Assembly (NCBI GenBank): GCA_964252035.1
Contig: OZ176205.1
Length of the DNA stretch: 64,000 bases
Direction: 5' to 3' (one strand)
Source: Podarcis erhardii
Taxonomy: Eukaryota
Below the pieces are notes generated by a model that was not told the DNA's origin, did no database searches, and saw only the letters and a list, made by a program, of their open reading frames with translations. Both the position numbers and the translations under genes were made by a program. The first letter of the stretch is position 1. Every line of letters starts with the position of its first letter. Below, one piece after another: positions 59,791-64,000 of this stretch.

Positions 59791-62700
59791 GAGGAGGGGG
59801 AAAGAGGGGAAACAGATTCCTTGTACTACTCTCTGCATCTCTAGGGCCAGCCTTTGCTTCTTCCTACCCCTCTCCAATAAGCAGGTTTTCTGAACTTGGC
59901 CCATTCGAAGAATCAGCCTTGGATATCTCTCTTGGTTTCTCTTCTGGTTTTGTCTCCTGAGAAGGTGGGACTCCTTATGGATGCGCTGGTGCCCTCTTCT
60001 CACTCTACACCTCCTGAAGAATGGTCAGTCACATCAGGACAAAGACCAGAAGCCACAGATCAGTTGAACTGAAAGGACACCAAGTCCATAGAAAGGCTAG
60101 GAGAATAGGAATTTATTGGAACAAAGGCTGAAAGTTTGAAGTTTCTGCTTTCTGCCTTCCTTTCTCCTTCCATACCCCCTACCCCCTCACACAACCCCCC
60201 AGTTGTGATAGCAGAGCTTCCCTTCCATCCTGGCTGCAATGCTGTGACCTGCTTTTCTGGTTGACCCCAACAGATGTACTGTAGCCATTATCCATTTTTC
60301 CAAACGATGCTTTAATCAGCGTTTGCATTTTCTGTTTTTCTAAATCAAATGGTACAGTTACATTGACTAAAATGCACATACAGTTTTCAAAAGACCCATT
60401 TCTACTTTCTATGCTGCCATTAAGAACTTTCACAAGAAACACATTCTTGACTAGCAGGTATAATGGTCACTTGTGAAAACAACTTATATCCCTTCCATAT
60501 TTCACAAAACAAGTGCAGAACAGTTTCCTCCACCTTATGATTGCAGATGGGTCTGCCTAACCTCTCACAACCCTTTGGGAGAGATGTCTTCTGCTACTAC
60601 AATTCAATTTAGCAAGCCAAAGCAGTCACATGACAGAGGGAGATGATTTCCCTACCTGGTTTCATGCTTCTGATAACAAGTGACTTCCAGACGACCTGTT
60701 TATTGAGCATTTAGCCTGATCAGTTTGCAAAAAGTATGCAGTGAATTTAAGAGGACACCAGCCATTTACGGAACATTCATTCTCATTTGTCTGCAGGGAG
60801 GTCGTACAATCCAACCACTATTATCACACACAAAGTGAACTCCAGCTACTGCTGACTGACTTGCTACATTTCATCTGCAGACTAGACTAGACACCAGCTG
60901 ACAAATCCTTGCAGCCTGCCACAGAACTCCTACAAGGTGCAAAGTATTCTGGGAAACAGCATCAGGTATGACCTTAGTTCATAATGGGTACTGGTCAAAC
61001 CTGTCAGGCCTGAGTGTGTGCTCTACCATACACAGCAATCCTCTACACCTGAAGACTATAGAGGAAGACGAGTCATGAATTGGCAAGCTGCCTTTTCCAC
61101 TAATTTATCATTGAGGAACCCCCAACTAAGCTTTTGAGGAGCCTCAGAGCTCCTCTGTAAGAATGAGAGCAAGTCATTTAGTAGCTTAGCAGAATGGTGG
61201 GCTTGTATTAAGATTCAAACCAAGTCAGGAACATTATTATAAGTAATAAAGCATTTACAAAAACAATATAGAGGTCTATATAGGCTGTTGTTTGCATCAA
61301 CAGTAGGTTTCCCTGACTTTGTTATGATGATACCCAAAAGTTACAGGTTACATACAGTATCTGGGTCTTAGAAGAGACCTCTTGGTGGAGAGCAACAACA
61401 AGCGAAGTTCAGTGTGATTGCATATGAAGATACTTTAAAAGCACACAAACCACTCCTGAGTCTGGGATTTGGCCACTTTATAGCAAGATGCTGCTGCTGA
61501 TTTATTAGTCACTTTCCTCACAAAAGTGACCCAAAGAGACTTACAAGATTACCTGGAAATTTGAAAATGCTGCCATCATTTGTTACTGCTGTCAAGGAAC
61601 CCAATAAAAATATAGGAGCATAAGAAGCTGCCCTATGCCAGGTCAAAGATCAAAGAGAGGACACTTACGTTGGTTGAGCTAAGAGGAAAAGGAACACACC
61701 ACACACTGATGACCCATTTAGCAACTCACAATGCATAAAGAAGGCAGAATTTTTCATATTATCCAGCTTAAGTCAGAAAGGAACATCAAAGGGATGATAC
61801 TGACAGGTGTTAAAAGGTGGCATTTCCATTCCTCTTTACAGTTATATTTAATATATAAACTGGTGGGGTGTGGGCTTCCCTTCTGGAATGGCTGACCGGA
61901 GACCCATAAGATTCAACATTATAATGTTGTGAATGTAGCATATGATTTCAGATAAAGGATGCTGCCATATTTGTGGCAGGAGATGCAAGTTCATTTCTTG
62001 TCTAATATGTCTAGTGTTTATCAGATTCTCCCAAGATTTCTGGTGCAGATTTTTACAAACTGATCATCTTCCCACTGTGTATGTTAATAATTTGACACTG
62101 GGAGAGGTGCACTCCCGTGCCTCTCCTTTCGCTAGGCTCCCCCCAAAATGGGGAGCTGTCACAGTCATGCAACCCTGGTTGACACCAACAGCAGCACATC
62201 ACATTTAAAAGGCAGTTTTCTCTTGGTTGTTCTTCCAGCAACTTTTCTCATGAGGCAAAGGAAGAGCTAAGTCAATTATTCATACATCTTCCCCTATTAT
62301 CACTTGTACCGCCCAAGAAAACTGTTTCCTTTTGAAATCCAAAATGCATGGAGGCAGACTTGAATAACCACATTTCCCTGCTAAAAAATTGACTCTTAGT
62401 GCCACATCACATGGATCATATTCTTCCCGCTTCTAATAACCAAACAAAATGCTCACCTGCCCAGATCCCAGGAATTTCAATACCTCATTCCATTAAAGAC
62501 ACAGGAAAGACAAACCAGGAAGGCTGTGCTGGGGCTGATGGGAGTTGTAGTCCAAAACAGCAGCAGGTTAGGGGGTGCTGAACTAGACCAAGGTCTCCCT
62601 TTAACTACTCAGTGACATCCCTGGGCAGCCGCAAGCTCTTTTTATGTCAGTGGCGCACGCCGCTGCAGTTGCCTTGGCATTTTGCCAGTCAAACCTCTCT

Positions 62701-63085
62701 GAGGGGCAAAATTTGGGCAACCCCTGTCTCCCCACCTCCAGGTTCTGCGAGCCGAGATCCTTATCCGGACAATTACAAAATGAAACCCTCTTTCTACTAA
62801 TTCCATCTGTCATGGGAAAACACAGATGCCAATGGATCTGTGCCGAGGAGATTGGGCACATCAGAGAGAGGCAGCTTCCCACGGAAATCAATAAAAGTGT
62901 CTATTACAGAGATACAAGCCGCAGTGTTTTAGAGGACAATATCAATAAACTCTGGAGGGCTGTTCACACACTCAAATCGGAGGTTGGCAAGCAGATTGCT
63001 TCCCTGCGTCGGAGAGATCACGGCCATTGAAATATTGAAGTACTTGCATATAAACTGCTCTTTCAAGTATTTTTGACAAGGGTAC

Positions 63086-63176
63086 TAATTAAATCTTAAT
63101 TGACACTGCACTAATTAGCTTCTTAATTACATGGAACCACATAATTAGCAGCACACTCTGCACTAATTGTTAATTA
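63086..63176. promoter_or_regulatory. Homotypic homeodomain-site cluster (7x TAATT[A/G])
   Basis: CTAATTA, TTAATTG, CTAATTA, TTAATTA, ATAATTA, CTAATTG, TTAATTA within ~90 bp of non-repeat sequence. Confidence 0.55.
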
Positions 63177-64000
63177 GGAAAACCAGGCCTCCCCCCTTCC
63201 CACTCCCCCTGTTGTCTTTTTTAACTAAAGAGCCTCTTGTATAAGAGAGGCTTGAGGAACAATAGGACTGGTAAATCCCTCTACAGAGAAAGGAGCTGCT
63301 GCTCTGGTCTCTGCCTTTGCTGTACCAGCTCCGCTGCTGTTGCGCTGAAAGATGGGAGTTGGGAGGATGGGCTCAGAAGGTGCCCCACTTGTACGGAGCT
63401 GGAGCTCTTCCAGGGAAAGGTGCTCCAACCACTAGTGACACTTGCCAGCTGCTCCTGAATGATTGAAGGGTTATTATTCAGAAACAGAACATAAGTCTAC
63501 CATCTGGAGAGCGAGCCAATTAACCACTCCTGTGCCGGTTTTGCACTCAGTCCTGATAGTACCCCATGTATTGAGGCCTTTCTCAACCCAACATTCCCTT
63601 TTTTTTGTATCACTGTTCCAGATCTCAGCAGTTCAAACCTCACATATGCCAGATTTTTCATTTTGCTAAAATCTCTGATCTGGCGAGAAGATTATCTGCT
63701 TGCCTCCATAGAGTCACCAGAATCAAATGTTCTGTTGCGTTTTTAAAATTGTTGAATTTTACATCTGGAGAGTGTGGGTTTTTTTGGTATTGTAAATCAC
63801 TTGTAGATAATCAGTATGTGGCAGTTAATAAATTTAATGAATAAAAATAGTCTCCATACCTTATATTACTCATTGTAGGGGGTAGATATGTGTGTTTGAT
63901 GTTTAATGCTACTCAGCCTCTTATGCACTGTGATTTATTTATTTATTTGAAGATTGAGGGGAACAGGGTCAAAAAGTTTTCACTTGTTAAATCTTTAATC

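Noticed and set aside
61204-61545. Possible antisense solo LTR
   Set aside because: TG...CA ends could be chosen, but no matching target-site duplication was found.
1-64000. The many 60-176 aa ORFs in the six-frame track
   Set aside because: Apart from those overlapping TFEB exons, they show no recognisable domains or splice structure, and many start at non-ATG codons or run through microsatellites, TEs or the N gap (e.g. 16404-16934, 53421-53918, 34955-35347).
1-64000. CRISPR arrays, rRNA genes or other prokaryotic systems
   Set aside because: The sequence is vertebrate with spliced genes; the repeats present are microsatellites and transposon copies, not repeat-spacer arrays.

Overview
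Eukaryotic (vertebrate) genomic DNA, almost certainly from a squamate lizard. It carries Sauria SINEs, Squam3-type SINEs, and TA-flanked Tc1/mariner and hAT MITEs; a lacertid origin is plausible but not provable here. The only protein-coding gene I can support is TFEB (MiT/TFE bHLH-LZ) on the + strand. It has eight coding exons from 24261 to 30586, all with GT-AG junctions in consistent phase, giving 1386 nt / 461 aa. About 24 kb upstream looks like 5' intron with candidate non-coding first exons. Downstream is a possibly long 3' UTR, then about 26 kb of intergenic DNA with enhancer-like patches and one 173-N gap. Almost all other ORFs in the track are spurious. Highlights: (1) The first coding intron holds a solo LTR (5-bp TSD, five CCAAT boxes, TATA, AATAAA) directly upstream of an in-frame ATG mini-exon (MDRDSSAIVIHVQ|VQSFLENP). 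This resembles the MITF-M arrangement and would remove the Rag-binding N-terminus. (2) The last intron holds a near-perfect 109-bp-arm palindrome of a Penelope-like terminus with an intact minimal hammerhead ribozyme motif on both strands. (3) Coding exon 3 shows an apparent -1/-1/+2 compensating frameshift. (4) Seven TAATT(A/G) homeodomain sites cluster within about 90 bp near 63.1 kb.
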